64,000 bases of DNA from an uncultured Actinomycetota bacterium (GCA_963794995.1 CAWCFV010000002.1:3021556-3085555); one strand, 5' to 3'. Counted from the stretch's first letter, positions 35,546 through 45,733 are shown. The notes: a model not told the origin generated them from the sequence alone. A program made the numbers and translations.

Positions 35546-36283
35546 TCAGCCCGGGGCGGGGAGCCGGACGACGGAGCCCGCCGGTCGCTCCTCGCGGCCG
35601 TCGGCGGTGAGCAGCCACACCGACTGCCTGCCGACGACCTCCCACTCCTCGGGGTCCGCCCGGAAGCCACCGACCAGGGCGGTGTCCTCGTCGATGCCGA
35701 CGGCGGCCAGCCCGTCGCTCCGGTGCGACACCCGGCGCAGGACCGCGTCCGGCAGCCGGCGGGCGAAGCGGTCGAAGTGCGGCAGCACGGTGAGCCCGGG
35801 CACCGCGCCGAGGCCGCGGACGGGGTCGCGGAACGGGTGGCGGATCGCCGGCACCTCGCCGCACAGGGCCATCGCCCCGGCGCTGCACCCGGCGAGCGCG
35901 GCACCGGCCCGCCACGCCGCGACGATCGCGGCCCACACCGCGGTGCCGGCCAGCGTCCGGGCCAGGAAGGTCGGGTTCCCGCCGGAGAGGTAGACGAGTC
36001 CCGCGCCCTCGACCAGCCCGGCCAGGGCCTCGTCGTCGGCGCTGACCCGGTCGACGACGGGGAGGACGACCTGCTCGGCGCCGAGCCGGTGCGCGGCCTC
36101 CCGGCCGAGGCCGTGCCAGCGTGCGAGCGAGTCGACGCCCTCCGGGGCCGCCGCGGTCGCGAGCTGCACGAAGCGGGCCGGCCGCCCGGCCAGCAGGCTG
36201 CGCTCGAGGGGCTCCGTCACGGGCAGGTACTCCCCGCTCCCGACGAGGGCCACCGGCCCGGCGCTCGTCGTCACGGTGCCCAT
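35546..36283 (-). CDS. peptidase S51 / cyanophycinase-like class I glutamine amidotransferase domain protein
   Basis: LVGSGEYLP, VYLSGGNP, AGCSAGAM (nucleophile Ser), VLPHFD and GIDEDTAL. Confidence 0.8.
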   Translation of the reverse strand: MGTVTTSAGPVALVGSGEYLPVTEPLERSLLAGRPARFVQLATAAAPEGVDSLARWHGLGREAAHRLGAEQVVLPVVDRVSADDEALAGLVEGAGLVYLSGGNPTFLARTLAGTAVWAAIVAAWRAGAALAGCSAGAMALCGEVPAIRHPFRDPVRGLGAVPGLTVLPHFDRFARRLPDAVLRRVSHRSDGLAAVGIDEDTALVGGFRADPEEWEVVGRQSVWLLTADGREERPAGSVVRLPAPG

Positions 36284-36302
36284 GATGCGCCCGGCGTGCC
36301 GG

Positions 36303-37454
36303 TCAGGACAGCGTCAGCCGGACGATGCGGTCGTCGCCCTCCCGGGGGGAGCCGCGGCCGTCGGTGTTGTTGGTGAGCACCCAGAGCGAACCGTCGGGCG
36401 CCACCACGACGTCGCGCAGCCGGCCGAACCGCTCGGCCAGGAGGGCGATGGGCCGGCCGGTGCCCGAGGCGAGCAGGGGGATCTGCCACAGGCGCCGCCC
36501 GCGCAGCCCGGCCATGAACACCGACCCGCCGGCGACCGCGATCCCGCTGGGGGAGGCCTGGTCGGTCCGCCACTGCCGGGCCGGGTCGTGGAAGGACGAG
36601 CCGCCACCGGGCCGGCCCTCCACCTCCGGCCAGCCGTAGTTGTCGCCCGGCTCGATCCGGTTGAGCTCGTCCCAGGTGTTCTGGCCGAACTCGCTGGCCC
36701 ACATCCGGCCGCGGTCGTCCCAGGCCAGGCCCTGCACGTTGCGGTGCCCGAGGCTCCACACCGGTGACCCGGCCGTCGGGTTGCCCGGGGCGGGGTCGCC
36801 GTCGGGCGTCACCCGGAGGATCTTCCCGCCGAGGTCGTCGGGGTCCTGGCTGGCCTGGGTACGGCCGCTCTCGCCGGTGGCGACGTAGAGGAACCCGTCC
36901 GGGCCGAACGCGATCCGCCCGCCGTTGTGGATCGGCCCGGCGGGGATGCCGTCGAGCACGGTCCGCTGGCCGGACAGCCCGGCGCCGTCGTACGTCATCC
37001 GGACGACCAGGTTCTGCGAGCCGGCGGTGAGGTACGCGAAGAGCGTCCGGTCCGACTCGTACGAGGGCGAGAGCGCCAGCCCCAGCAGCCCACCCTCCCC
37101 GCCGCCGTCGACCCCCGCGACCGTCCCCACGGGCTCGACGTCACCGCCGGTGGTCACGTGCACCACCCGGGCCTCGTCCCGCTCGCTCACGAGGGCCGAG
37201 CCGTCCGGCAGGAACGCGATGCTCCACGGGGCCGCCAGCCCGGTCGCGACCACCCCCGCCACCTCGACCTCGGCCACCGGCTCCTCGGGCGCACCTGACG
37301 GCGACGCGGCGCTCGAGGAGGGCGGCCGGGTCGACCGGTCCGGACCCGGGTCGGCCGCGTCCGGCGTGCCGGTGCACCCGGCGACCGCCACGGCGAGCAC
37401 CGCGGCGAGGACAGCGGGCGCGGTCGGTCGTACGGCGGTCCGGGGGCGTCGCAT
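36303..37454 (-). CDS. PQQ-dependent sugar (glucose/sorbosone) dehydrogenase lipoprotein
   Basis: Lipobox AVAGC, GLAAPWSIAFLPDG, GEGGLLG, HNGGRIAFGPDGFLYV, GHRNVQGL and GRLRDV. Confidence 0.88.
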   Translation of the reverse strand: MRRPRTAVRPTAPAVLAAVLAVAVAGCTGTPDAADPGPDRSTRPPSSSAASPSGAPEEPVAEVEVAGVVATGLAAPWSIAFLPDGSALVSERDEARVVHVTTGGDVEPVGTVAGVDGGGEGGLLGLALSPSYESDRTLFAYLTAGSQNLVVRMTYDGAGLSGQRTVLDGIPAGPIHNGGRIAFGPDGFLYVATGESGRTQASQDPDDLGGKILRVTPDGDPAPGNPTAGSPVWSLGHRNVQGLAWDDRGRMWASEFGQNTWDELNRIEPGDNYGWPEVEGRPGGGSSFHDPARQWRTDQASPSGIAVAGGSVFMAGLRGRRLWQIPLLASGTGRPIALLAERFGRLRDVVVAPDGSLWVLTNNTDGRGSPREGDDRIVRLTLS

Positions 37455-37529
37455 CCGCCCACCCTTCCCGCTGCCGGGGCCGACGGCCACCACGCGGCCC
37501 GACGTGACCCGATCGTTAGGGTCGGGTCC

Positions 37530-38600
37530 ATGGCGGAGCCCGGGCCCCGACCGGCGGTGACCGAGCCGCCCGACCCCCCGCGCGCCGGGCCGCTGCTCAC
37601 GGACCTCGTCCTCGAGGGCGGTGGGGTCAAGGGCATCGCGCTCTCCGGCGCGGCCGCGACCCTCAGCCGGGCGGGCTACAGCTTCCCGCGGGTCGCCGGC
37701 ACGTCGGCGGGCGCCGTGGTCGGTGCGTTCCTCGTCGCGCTGCAGCGGGCAGGCGAGCCCGTCGAGCGGCTCGAGGACGTCGCGCGCACCCTGGACTACA
37801 CCCGGCTGCGCGACCGCGGTGCGGTCGGGCGGGCCGCGGGTCCGCTGGCCCGCCTGGTCGACGGCTTCTCGCTGGCCTTCGACGGCGGGGTGTTCGAGGG
37901 CGACTACCTCCGCTCGTGGGTCAAGGGCGCGCTCGCCGACCTCGGGGTGCGCACCTTCGGTGACCTGAGGCAGGACGACCCGGGCAGCAGCCTGCCGGAG
38001 GACATGCGCTACTCGCTGCTGGTCACCGCGAGCGACGTCTCGCGCAAGCGCTTCGTCCGGCTGCCCTGGGACTACCCGCTCTACGGTCTCGACCCGGACG
38101 AGCAGGAGGTCGCGGACGCCGTGCGTGCCTCGGCGTCGATCCCGTTCTTCTTCGAGCCGGTCACCCTGCGCGCGCAGGGCGAGAACGGGCCGCAGGTCTC
38201 GACCCTCGTCGACGGCGGCGTCCTGTCGAACTTCCCCATCGCCGTGTTCGACCGCAGCGACGGGCGCCCCCCGCGCTGGCCCACGTTCGGCGTACGGCTG
38301 TCGATGCGACGCGACGGCCGGGCCAGCACCACCGAGGTCCGCGGCACCGTCTCGCTGGCCCTGTCGCTGGTCGAGACGATGCTCGAGGCCTGCGACGCCC
38401 AGCACATCGACGACCCCTGCGTGCTGGCGCGCAGCGTGTTCGTCGACACGAGCGGCATCTCGCCGGTCGACTTCGGGATCACCGACGAGCAGCAGGAGCA
38501 GCTGCTGCTCGCCGGGCACGAGGCGGCCGGCAGCTTCCTCGCCGGGTGGGACTGGCCGCGCTACCTGGACACCTGCCGGGCCTTCGAGGGGCCGCCGTGA
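37530..38600 (+). CDS. patatin-like phospholipase
   Basis: LVLEGGGVKG (glycine-rich loop), GTSAG nucleophile elbow, and DGGVLSNFP. Confidence 0.88.
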   Translation: MAEPGPRPAVTEPPDPPRAGPLLTDLVLEGGGVKGIALSGAAATLSRAGYSFPRVAGTSAGAVVGAFLVALQRAGEPVERLEDVARTLDYTRLRDRGAVGRAAGPLARLVDGFSLAFDGGVFEGDYLRSWVKGALADLGVRTFGDLRQDDPGSSLPEDMRYSLLVTASDVSRKRFVRLPWDYPLYGLDPDEQEVADAVRASASIPFFFEPVTLRAQGENGPQVSTLVDGGVLSNFPIAVFDRSDGRPPRWPTFGVRLSMRRDGRASTTEVRGTVSLALSLVETMLEACDAQHIDDPCVLARSVFVDTSGISPVDFGITDEQQEQLLLAGHEAAGSFLAGWDWPRYLDTCRAFEGPP

Positions 38601-39499
38601 GGCTGTGGGTGCCGTACGCCGACTGGCCCGCAGCCCTCGACCTCCCGCCCGGGGTCGAGGCCGACGTGTGGGACGGCGGCGACGAGCTGCCGGCGACCCC
38701 GCCGGAGGTCCTCGTCCTGCCGTACATGGCCGGGTCGGCCCCCGCCGGGCGGCTGGCCGGGCTGCCGGGCCTGCGGGTCGTCCAGACCCTGACCGCGGGC
38801 GTCGACGACGTCCGGCCGCTCGTGCCGGACGGCGTCGTGCTGTGCAACGCCCGCGGTGTGCACGACGCGTCGACCGCCGAGCTCGCCGTCGCCCTGGTCC
38901 TCGCGTCGCTGCGCGGGCTGCCGGGCCACGTCCGCGCCGCACAGCGGGGGGAATGGGCGCACGACACCCGGCCGTCGCTGGCCGACCGGCGCGTCCTGCT
39001 CGTGGGCTACGGCGCGGTCGGTGCCGCGGTCGAGGCCCGGCTGTCCGGGTTCGAGTGCGAGGTGCGCCGGGTCGGGCGCCGGGCCCGCGAGGGGGTCGAG
39101 GCGTTCGAGGCGCTGCCGGGGCTGCTGCCGTGGGCCGAGGTCGTGGTGCTCACGGTCCCGATGACCGACGACACCCGCGGGCTGGTCGACGCCGCGTTCC
39201 TCGCCGCGCTCCCGGACGGCTGCCTGGTCGTGAACGTGGCGCGCGGCCCGGTCGTCGTGACCGACGACCTCCTGGCCGAGGTGACCAGCGGGCGACTGCT
39301 GGCGGCGCTCGACGTCACCGACCCCGAGCCGCTGCCGCCGGAGCACCCGCTGTGGCGCTGCCCGGGGGTGCTGGTCAGCCCGCACGTCGGCGGCGACACG
39401 ACCGCGTTCCTCCCCAGGGCGCTGCGGCTGGTGGCCGCCCAGGTGCGGCGGTACGTCGCGGGCGACCCGCTCGCCAACGTCATCACCTCGGCGTACTGA
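38597..39499 (+). CDS. D-isomer-specific 2-hydroxyacid dehydrogenase
   Basis: NARGVHD, VGYGAVG, VNVARGPVV, LDVTDPEPLP and SPHVGG. Confidence 0.9.
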   Translation: MRLWVPYADWPAALDLPPGVEADVWDGGDELPATPPEVLVLPYMAGSAPAGRLAGLPGLRVVQTLTAGVDDVRPLVPDGVVLCNARGVHDASTAELAVALVLASLRGLPGHVRAAQRGEWAHDTRPSLADRRVLLVGYGAVGAAVEARLSGFECEVRRVGRRAREGVEAFEALPGLLPWAEVVVLTVPMTDDTRGLVDAAFLAALPDGCLVVNVARGPVVVTDDLLAEVTSGRLLAALDVTDPEPLPPEHPLWRCPGVLVSPHVGGDTTAFLPRALRLVAAQVRRYVAGDPLANVITSAY

Positions 39500-39521
39500 C
39501 CCGCTGACGTACGCTCCGCAG

Positions 39522-40835
39522 GTGGGGCCGCGGCCGGTCGAGGACCAGCTCGTCGGAGGTGCCGACGGGCGTGCTCCGGCGGGACGGCGACGCCTCGGCT
39601 GGGTCGTCGCCGCGCTCGTCGCCGGGACCGTCCTCGTCGTGGCCCGGCCCGAGCTGGCGCTGCACGGCTCCCCGGTGGAGCCGCCCGGCCCGGTGCCCAC
39701 CCGGGGCGTGGATCCCGCCCCCCTCCGCGACGGGATCAGGACGGTCACCTGGGAGGAGCGCGGCGACCTGTCGGGCGACCGGGCCTACGTGTCGGCCAGC
39801 GTGCGGCGGATCCGGCAGGACAGCCCGAACGTGGCGCGGATCCTGTTCGCGGGCACCCTGCCCGACGGCAGCCGCCTGACCCTCAGCGGCACCGACGTCT
39901 CCGACGACGGCGTGGCCACCGTGGTGCACGCGATGCTGGCGGCACCGGGCATCGCACCGCAGGACGCCTCCGTGGCCGAGGTCACGGCGCTCACCAACCC
40001 CCAGCAGGTGCTCGGCTGGGCCGCACCGGGTGTCGACGGCCGGACCTACGGGGTCGTCCTCGCGCGGCCAGGTCCGGTGCTGCTCGAGGTCTCGCCCTCG
40101 GTGCGCTTCCGGCCCGACGGCACGGCCACCCGCCGCTGGAACCCGGTGCGCTCGCGCGACGGGACCGCCGTCGTCGACCTGGGCGAGCGGGTCGACCCGG
40201 TCGTTGCCGTGCGCGCATCCGGGCTCGGTGTCTACCCGGTCGTGACCGTCGTCCGGGTCGCCGCTCCGGACGGCGCGCTGCCGCCGCGGTCCGTGGCGGT
40301 CGGCGGGGTCGACGACCCGTCGTACGCCGGGCCGGCCCAGCCGCTGCTGCTGCAGGGGCTGCGGCAGGGTCTCGAGGGCCTGGTGGACCTCGACACGGCC
40401 GACCTGCGGGTGCTCTGGAGCGGTGCGCCGTGGCGGGCCCGCCGGCTGGCCCTGGTGCTGGCGACCCGGCCGGACGGCGTCCGGCTGCGCGCGCTGGTCG
40501 GTCAGGCCGGTTCGCTCGTGTTCCCGGCCGGGGTGCGCGCACTGCCCACCGGCGCCCCGGACACCGCCCCCTGGCTGCTGGAGCCGTTCACCTCCCAGGA
40601 CCCGACCTTCCTGCTCTGCCCCACCGGTGCGGCCGTCGTCGTGCGCAGGCCCGGCGGCGGACCGGTGCGGCTGGCGGTCCCGGACGACGGGGCCGTGGCC
40701 GTCTACGAGCCGGCCGCCGGCCCGCCGAGCCTGCGCGGCGCCCGCGTGCGGGTGCTCGACGGTCTCGACCGCGAGCTGCTCGACGTCGTCCTGCCGGTCG
40801 CGGGCCTCGACGACCCGCTGGCGCTGGACGACTGA
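39522..40835 (+). CDS. hypothetical membrane-anchored protein (437 aa)
   Basis: Long ORF with an N-terminal TM segment (LGWVVAALVAGTVLVVA) and host-like codon usage. No family recognised. Confidence 0.55.
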   Translation: MGPRPVEDQLVGGADGRAPAGRRRLGWVVAALVAGTVLVVARPELALHGSPVEPPGPVPTRGVDPAPLRDGIRTVTWEERGDLSGDRAYVSASVRRIRQDSPNVARILFAGTLPDGSRLTLSGTDVSDDGVATVVHAMLAAPGIAPQDASVAEVTALTNPQQVLGWAAPGVDGRTYGVVLARPGPVLLEVSPSVRFRPDGTATRRWNPVRSRDGTAVVDLGERVDPVVAVRASGLGVYPVVTVVRVAAPDGALPPRSVAVGGVDDPSYAGPAQPLLLQGLRQGLEGLVDLDTADLRVLWSGAPWRARRLALVLATRPDGVRLRALVGQAGSLVFPAGVRALPTGAPDTAPWLLEPFTSQDPTFLLCPTGAAVVVRRPGGGPVRLAVPDDGAVAVYEPAAGPPSLRGARVRVLDGLDRELLDVVLPVAGLDDPLALDD

Positions 40836-40848
40836 GGACGCGCCGCCG

Positions 40849-41685
40849 TCAGGCCGCCCGGGGCAGCGATTCCCGGTCGACACCGGTGCGCGCCGGTGTC
40901 GCGGTGCCGGTCGGGCCGGGGGACCACCGCCGCGCCAGCACGATCCCGGCGCCGACCACCGCGGCGCCTGCCACGGCGTCGAGCAGGTAGTGGTTCGCGG
41001 TCCCGACGACCACGGCCGTGGTCACCAGCGGGTAGGCGAGGGCGGCCAGCCGCACCCACCTCCGCCGGGCCAGGCGCAGGACGACCCAGGTGACCCAGAC
41101 CGCCCACCCGACGTGGAGCGAGGGCATCGCGGCGAGCTGGTTGGTCAGCCCGCCGAGCCCGCGCGGCGCACTGGCCTGCGCGCCCCACCAGCCGAGGTGG
41201 GCCGTGCTCGCGAGGGTGTCGACGTAGCCGGGCAGCATCCGCGGCGGGGCCATCGGGACGAGGGTGAAGCCGACCAGGCCGAGGGCGCTGGCCGCCACCA
41301 GGGCGTTGCGCACCCGGCCGTAGTACGGGCGGTGCCTGCGGTAGGCCCAGACGAGCACGGCCGGGGTCACGACGTAGTGCAGCAGGGAGTACCAGTAGCT
41401 CGCGGCCACGGCCAGCGCCGGCACCGCCTGCAGCGCCGCGTTGGCCCGCGCCTCGACGGCGAGGTGCAGGCTCCGCTCGAGGGCCAGCAGGTCGCCGGCG
41501 TGGCCGAAGGCCTCGCCCGTGGTGGCACCGCCGACGAGGCGGGCCGCGCTGTAGGCGAGGTAGAGCACCGAGAGCAGGGCGAGCTCACCGGCCCAGCCGC
41601 CGAGGCGGCCGCGGCCACGGCGCACCCGGGGCAGCCGGGGCCCGCGCGTGATCGCGTCGGCCCGGGTGAGCTCGCAGGTGGTCAT
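40849..41685 (-). CDS. second PAP2-superfamily (AUR1/IPC-synthase-like) membrane protein
   Basis: [21 protein letters not shown] and GTANHYLLD. Paralog of the gene at 3249. Confidence 0.8.
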   Translation of the reverse strand: MTTCELTRADAITRGPRLPRVRRGRGRLGGWAGELALLSVLYLAYSAARLVGGATTGEAFGHAGDLLALERSLHLAVEARANAALQAVPALAVAASYWYSLLHYVVTPAVLVWAYRRHRPYYGRVRNALVAASALGLVGFTLVPMAPPRMLPGYVDTLASTAHLGWWGAQASAPRGLGGLTNQLAAMPSLHVGWAVWVTWVVLRLARRRWVRLAALAYPLVTTAVVVGTANHYLLDAVAGAAVVGAGIVLARRWSPGPTGTATPARTGVDRESLPRAA

Positions 41686-41707
41686 GTCGTCCTTCGGCGG
41701 TTCTTCA

Positions 41708-41752
41708 TCGTCGGGTCGTCGGGTCGTCGGGTCGTCGGGTCGTCGGGTCGGG
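41708..41752. repeat. tandem 8-mer (TCGTCGGG)x5 plus a partial copy
   Basis: Five perfect copies at 41708-41747, in the intergenic region between the divergent PAP2 gene and ilvD. Confidence 0.9.
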
Positions 41753-41881
41753 TGGTCCGGTGGTGGCAGGCCCCAGCAGACCCGGTCCCGCTTGCGGTCC
41801 GCTTGCGGTCTGCTGGTGCCGTCGGTCTCGGCGGCCGGACCCGCGCCTGCGTCCCGGCCCCTGCAGTGGCAGCATGCGAGC

Positions 41882-43606
41882 GTGCCGACGCATTCCTCCT
41901 CGCAGGCCACGGGCGCGCCGCCCGACATCAAGCCGCGCTCGCGCGATGTCACCGACGGGCTGGAGAAGACCGCCGCCCGGGGCATGCTGCGCGCCGTCGG
42001 CATGGGTGACGAGGACTTCGCGAAGTCCCAGATCGGGGTGGCGTCCAGCTGGAACGAGATCACCCCCTGCAACCTCTCGCTGGACCGGCTGGCCAAGGCG
42101 GCCAAGGACGGCGTGCACGCCGCCGGCGGGTACCCGCTGGAGTTCGGCACCATCTCGGTGTCCGACGGCATCGCGATGGGCCACGAGGGCATGCACTTCT
42201 CGCTGGTGTCGCGCGAGGTCATCGCCGACTCCGTCGAGGTCGTCATGCAGGCCGAGCGACTCGACGGGTCGGTGCTGCTCGCCGGCTGCGACAAGTCGCT
42301 GCCGGGGATGCTGATGGCCGCCGCCCGGCTCGACCTGGCCAGCGTCTTCCTCTACGCCGGGTCGATCCTGCCGGGCATCGCCAAGATGTCCGACGGCAGC
42401 GAGCGCCAGGTCACGATCATCGACGCGTTCGAGGCGGTCGGTGCCTGCTCCCGCGGCCTCATGAGCCGGGAGGACGTCGACGCCATCGAGCGGGCGATCT
42501 GCCCGGGGGAGGGCGCCTGCGGGGGCATGTACACCGCCAACACCATGGCCAGCGCGGCCGAGGCGCTGGGCATGTCGCTGCCGGGCAGCGCGGCGCCGCC
42601 GGCCACCGACCGGCGGCGCGACGGGTTCGCCCGCCGCTCGGGCGAGGCGGTGGTCGAGATGCTGCGGCGCGGCATCACCGCCCGGGACATCATGGTCAAG
42701 GAGGCGTTCGACAACGCCATCGCGGTGGTGATGGCCTTCGGCGGCTCCACGAACGCGGTCCTCCACCTGCTCGCCATCGCGCACGAGGCCGAGGTCGCGC
42801 TCGACCTCGACGACTTCAGCCGCATCGGCGCGCAGGTGCCGCACCTGGCCGACGTCAAGCCGTTCGGGCAGTACGTGATGACCGACGTCGACCGGGTCGG
42901 TGGCGTCCCCGTCGTCCTGCGCGCCCTGCTCGACGCCGGGCTGCTGCACGGCGACGTGCTGACCGTCACCGGCCGGACCATGGCCGAGAACCTCGCGCAC
43001 ATCGCGCCGCCCGACGTCGACGGCAAGGTCGTCCGGGCCATGACCGAGCCCATCCACCGCACCGGCGGGCTGACGATCCTGCGCGGCTCGCTCGCCCCCG
43101 ACGGCGCCGTCGTGAAGACCGCGGGCTTCGACGCCGACGTCTTCGAGGGCACCGCGCGGGTGTTCGACCGTGAACGCGCCGCGATGGACGCGCTCGAGGA
43201 CGGCACCATCGCGGCCGGGGACGTCGTGGTGATCCGCTACGAGGGCCCGAAGGGTGGCCCCGGCATGCGCGAGATGCTGGCGATCACCGGCGCGATCAAG
43301 GGTGCCGGCCTCGGCAAGGACGTCCTGCTGCTCACCGACGGGCGGTTCTCCGGAGGGACCACCGGCCTGTGCGTGGGGCACGTCGCACCGGAGGCCGTCG
43401 ACGGCGGCCCTGTCGCGCTGGTGCGCGACGGCGACCGGGTGCGGCTCGACGTGGCGCAGGGGCGGCTCGACCTGCTCGTCGAGGAGGCGGAGCTGGCCCG
43501 GCGGCGGACGTCCTGGGCGCCCCTGCCGCCGGTCTACACCAGCGGCGTCCTCGCGAAGTACACCAAGCTGGTCGGGTCTGCGGCATTCGGGGCCGTCTGC
43601 GGCTGA
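41882..43606 (+). CDS. ilvD: dihydroxy-acid dehydratase
   Basis: [49 protein letters not shown] and TDGRFSG. Confidence 0.95.
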   Translation: MPTHSSSQATGAPPDIKPRSRDVTDGLEKTAARGMLRAVGMGDEDFAKSQIGVASSWNEITPCNLSLDRLAKAAKDGVHAAGGYPLEFGTISVSDGIAMGHEGMHFSLVSREVIADSVEVVMQAERLDGSVLLAGCDKSLPGMLMAAARLDLASVFLYAGSILPGIAKMSDGSERQVTIIDAFEAVGACSRGLMSREDVDAIERAICPGEGACGGMYTANTMASAAEALGMSLPGSAAPPATDRRRDGFARRSGEAVVEMLRRGITARDIMVKEAFDNAIAVVMAFGGSTNAVLHLLAIAHEAEVALDLDDFSRIGAQVPHLADVKPFGQYVMTDVDRVGGVPVVLRALLDAGLLHGDVLTVTGRTMAENLAHIAPPDVDGKVVRAMTEPIHRTGGLTILRGSLAPDGAVVKTAGFDADVFEGTARVFDRERAAMDALEDGTIAAGDVVVIRYEGPKGGPGMREMLAITGAIKGAGLGKDVLLLTDGRFSGGTTGLCVGHVAPEAVDGGPVALVRDGDRVRLDVAQGRLDLLVEEAELARRRTSWAPLPPVYTSGVLAKYTKLVGSAAFGAVCG

Positions 43607-43628
43607 GCGGCGCCGGCACGCGGCCGGG

Positions 43629-45473
43629 TCAGCGGCCGAGCACCCCGCCCAGCAGGCCGCCCGAGCCGCCGGAGCCCGGTCCGCTGTTCGGCCCCGGCCC
43701 GCTGGACCCGCTGCCCGACCCGCCGGAGCCCGGCCCGCTGTTCGGCCCCGACCCGCTGGACCCGCTGGACCCGCTGGACCCGCCCAGCAACGAGCCGCCC
43801 GAGCCACCGACCGTCCCGGCGAGCGTGCCCACCGTCCCGGCCACTGTCCCCACGGGGTCCGCGACCGTGCCGCCCACGGTGCCGGCCACCGTGCCGACCG
43901 GGTCCTTCGCGACCTCCTCGACCGTGCTGCCCACGGTGCCGGACACCCCGCCCACCACCGAGCCGACCGTGCCCAGCGCGCCCTTCACCGGCTCCTCGAC
44001 GATCTCCTTGACGATCTCCTTCACCGGGTCCTCGACGGCGTCCCGGACCGGGCTCTTCGTCGGGGCCGGCGACGGTGCGGGGGGCTCCCCGGACCCGGGG
44101 TCCCTTCCCGGCGCCGAGCCGGAGCCGTCGCCCGGGCCGGAGCTGTCGTCCGGTGCGGAGGCGGACGGCGGCGCGGGCTCGGTCGCGGTGCCGTCCGCGG
44201 CGGGGCCGTCGGGGGTGGCCCCGCCCGGCAGCGCGCCGGGCAGGTCGGTCGCGCCGCGCCGCGCGTCGGGACGGCCCGACCCGGTCGGTCCGGGGGACGC
44301 GGTGGTGTCGCCCGCCTCGGCGGACGAGGTCGCCGCCGCGGCCGCGGCCGGAGGAGCTGTCGTGGGCAGTGCCGTCGCGGTGGCGCCGGCGGCGACGGCC
44401 CCGGTCGCCAGCGCTCCGGCACCGACGACTCGGGCCACGGTGGCAGCCGGCACGGCACCGGCGACCAGCGGCACGTCCGCCAGCCAGGCGACCAGGCCCT
44501 GTGCCCGGCGCAGCCTCGGCGCACCGACCGCCACCATCGCGCGGACCACCTGAGGGTCGAACTGGCTGCCGGAGAAGCGGATGAGCTCCTGCAGCGCGGC
44601 GGCCCGCGAGACGGGCCGCTTGTAGGGGCGGGCGGCGGTCATGACGTCGTACGCGTCGGCGACCGACACGATCCGGGCGCCCAGGCTGATCCCGGTGCCG
44701 GCCAGCCCGCGCGGGTATCCGGTGCCGTCGTAGCGCTCGTGGTGCTCGACGATCACGTCGGCCCACTCACCGAGCCAGGGCAGGAGGCCTACGGCGGTCT
44801 CGGCCCCGTGCACCGGGTGCGCCTTGAGCACGACCCACTCGTCCTCGGTCGGCTTGCCGGGCTTGTTGAGCAGCGAGGCCGGGACCTGCAGCTTGCCGAT
44901 GTCGTGCAGGATCGCGGCCCACCGCAGCAGGTCCCTGTCCCGCTTCGGGATCCGCAGCTGCTCGGCGAGCAGGTCGGTGAACATCCGGACCCGCTCGGCG
45001 TGCCCCCGGGTGGGCTTGTCGTGGGCACTGAGCGCGGCGACGAGGGTGAGGATCTCACGGGCGACCGCGCCGGGGTCGGCCCCGGCGTCCCGGACGCGCG
45101 ACAGCTGCTCCTCGATCGGCCTGCGCCTGATCGCGTCGCGCGCGACCCGCAGCCGTGAGGGGGCACGGTCGGGGAAGAGCATGCTGAGGTCGAGCAGGGT
45201 GACGAGCGGCAGCAGGCGGCGCCCGAGCCGGTCGACCAGGACGAGGGTCACGGTGCTCACCGCGGCCAGCAGCGCGAGGTGCCACACCCGGTCCAGGTGC
45301 GAGGTGACGGGGGGCAGCGCACGGTGCACCGTCCATGCGGCGGCGAACGAGGTGCCCACGGGGGCGCAGAGCACGAGCAGCCGCAGCAGGGCAGCGCTGA
45401 CCGAACGCCGCTGCCACCTGCTCCCGGCGCTGCGTGCGTCCTGCCCGTCCTGCGACTCGTGGCCGCCCGCCAT
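43629..45473 (-). CDS. membrane-anchored HD-GYP (cyclic dinucleotide phosphodiesterase-like) protein with a long low-complexity C-terminal tail
   Basis: HDKPTRGHAERV, LHDIGK, KPGKPT..EW, HHERYDGTGYP, ARIVSVADAYDVMT and RPYK. N-terminal TMs; Pro/Gly/Ser and VGT repeats at the C-terminus. Confidence 0.85.
   Translation of the reverse strand: MAGGHESQDGQDARSAGSRWQRRSVSAALLRLLVLCAPVGTSFAAAWTVHRALPPVTSHLDRVWHLALLAAVSTVTLVLVDRLGRRLLPLVTLLDLSMLFPDRAPSRLRVARDAIRRRPIEEQLSRVRDAGADPGAVAREILTLVAALSAHDKPTRGHAERVRMFTDLLAEQLRIPKRDRDLLRWAAILHDIGKLQVPASLLNKPGKPTEDEWVVLKAHPVHGAETAVGLLPWLGEWADVIVEHHERYDGTGYPRGLAGTGISLGARIVSVADAYDVMTAARPYKRPVSRAAALQELIRFSGSQFDPQVVRAMVAVGAPRLRRAQGLVAWLADVPLVAGAVPAATVARVVGAGALATGAVAAGATATALPTTAPPAAAAAATSSAEAGDTTASPGPTGSGRPDARRGATDLPGALPGGATPDGPAADGTATEPAPPSASAPDDSSGPGDGSGSAPGRDPGSGEPPAPSPAPTKSPVRDAVEDPVKEIVKEIVEEPVKGALGTVGSVVGGVSGTVGSTVEEVAKDPVGTVAGTVGGTVADPVGTVAGTVGTLAGTVGGSGGSLLGGSSGSSGSSGSGPNSGPGSGGSGSGSSGPGPNSGPGSGGSGGLLGGVLGR
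43666..43782. repeat. 54-bp two-copy direct repeat plus 9-bp (CCGCTGGAC)x3 in the HD-GYP 3' end
   Basis: Units start at 43666 and 43720; they encode the SSGSGPNSGPGSGG repeats. Confidence 0.75.
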
Positions 45474-45659
45474 GCCCACCCCCCGGCCTCGGTATGACCG
45501 TCCCTTGACTCTTCGACGCCCCGCCCCCGGGGGAGCACCGCCACCCGGGTGAACCTGGGCGGGGCGGTCGGGGCCGTCGGGGTCGTCGGGGCCGCTGGGG
45601 CGACGGAGCCCGTCCGCCGGGGTCGCCCTCCCGTCATGCGAGACGGCCCGTGCCACTGG

Positions 45660-45688
45660 TTGACACGGCGGGGGCACCGGGCGAGGCT
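45660..45688 (+). promoter_or_regulatory. probable sigma-70-type promoter for the ilvB leader
   Basis: TTGACA at 45660-45665, a 17-nt spacer, and GAGGCT at 45683-45688. The predicted start site falls on the leader GTG at 45695. Confidence 0.5.
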
Positions 45689-45694
45689 GTCCGC

Positions 45695-45733
45695 GTGCGT
45701 CTCCTCGTCGTACTTCGCGTGCGCGCCGCCTGA
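45695..45733 (+). CDS. ilvL: ilvB attenuator leader peptide (V/M)[11 protein letters not shown]
   Basis: GTG CGT CTC CTC GTC GTA CTT CGC GTG CGC GCC GCC TGA: a run of Leu/Val codons followed by a terminator. Confidence 0.8.
   Translation: MRLLVVLRVRAA

Noticed and set aside
37530-38600. Patatin as a CBASS/anti-phage effector (CapV-like)
   Set aside because: No CD-NTase, Cap2/Cap3 or other defence gene is nearby. It is coupled to a housekeeping-type dehydrogenase.
41708-41752. Tandem repeats (also 43666-43782 and 60767-60814) as CRISPR arrays
   Set aside because: The units are 8-54 bp, contiguous, without unique spacers, and no cas genes are present.
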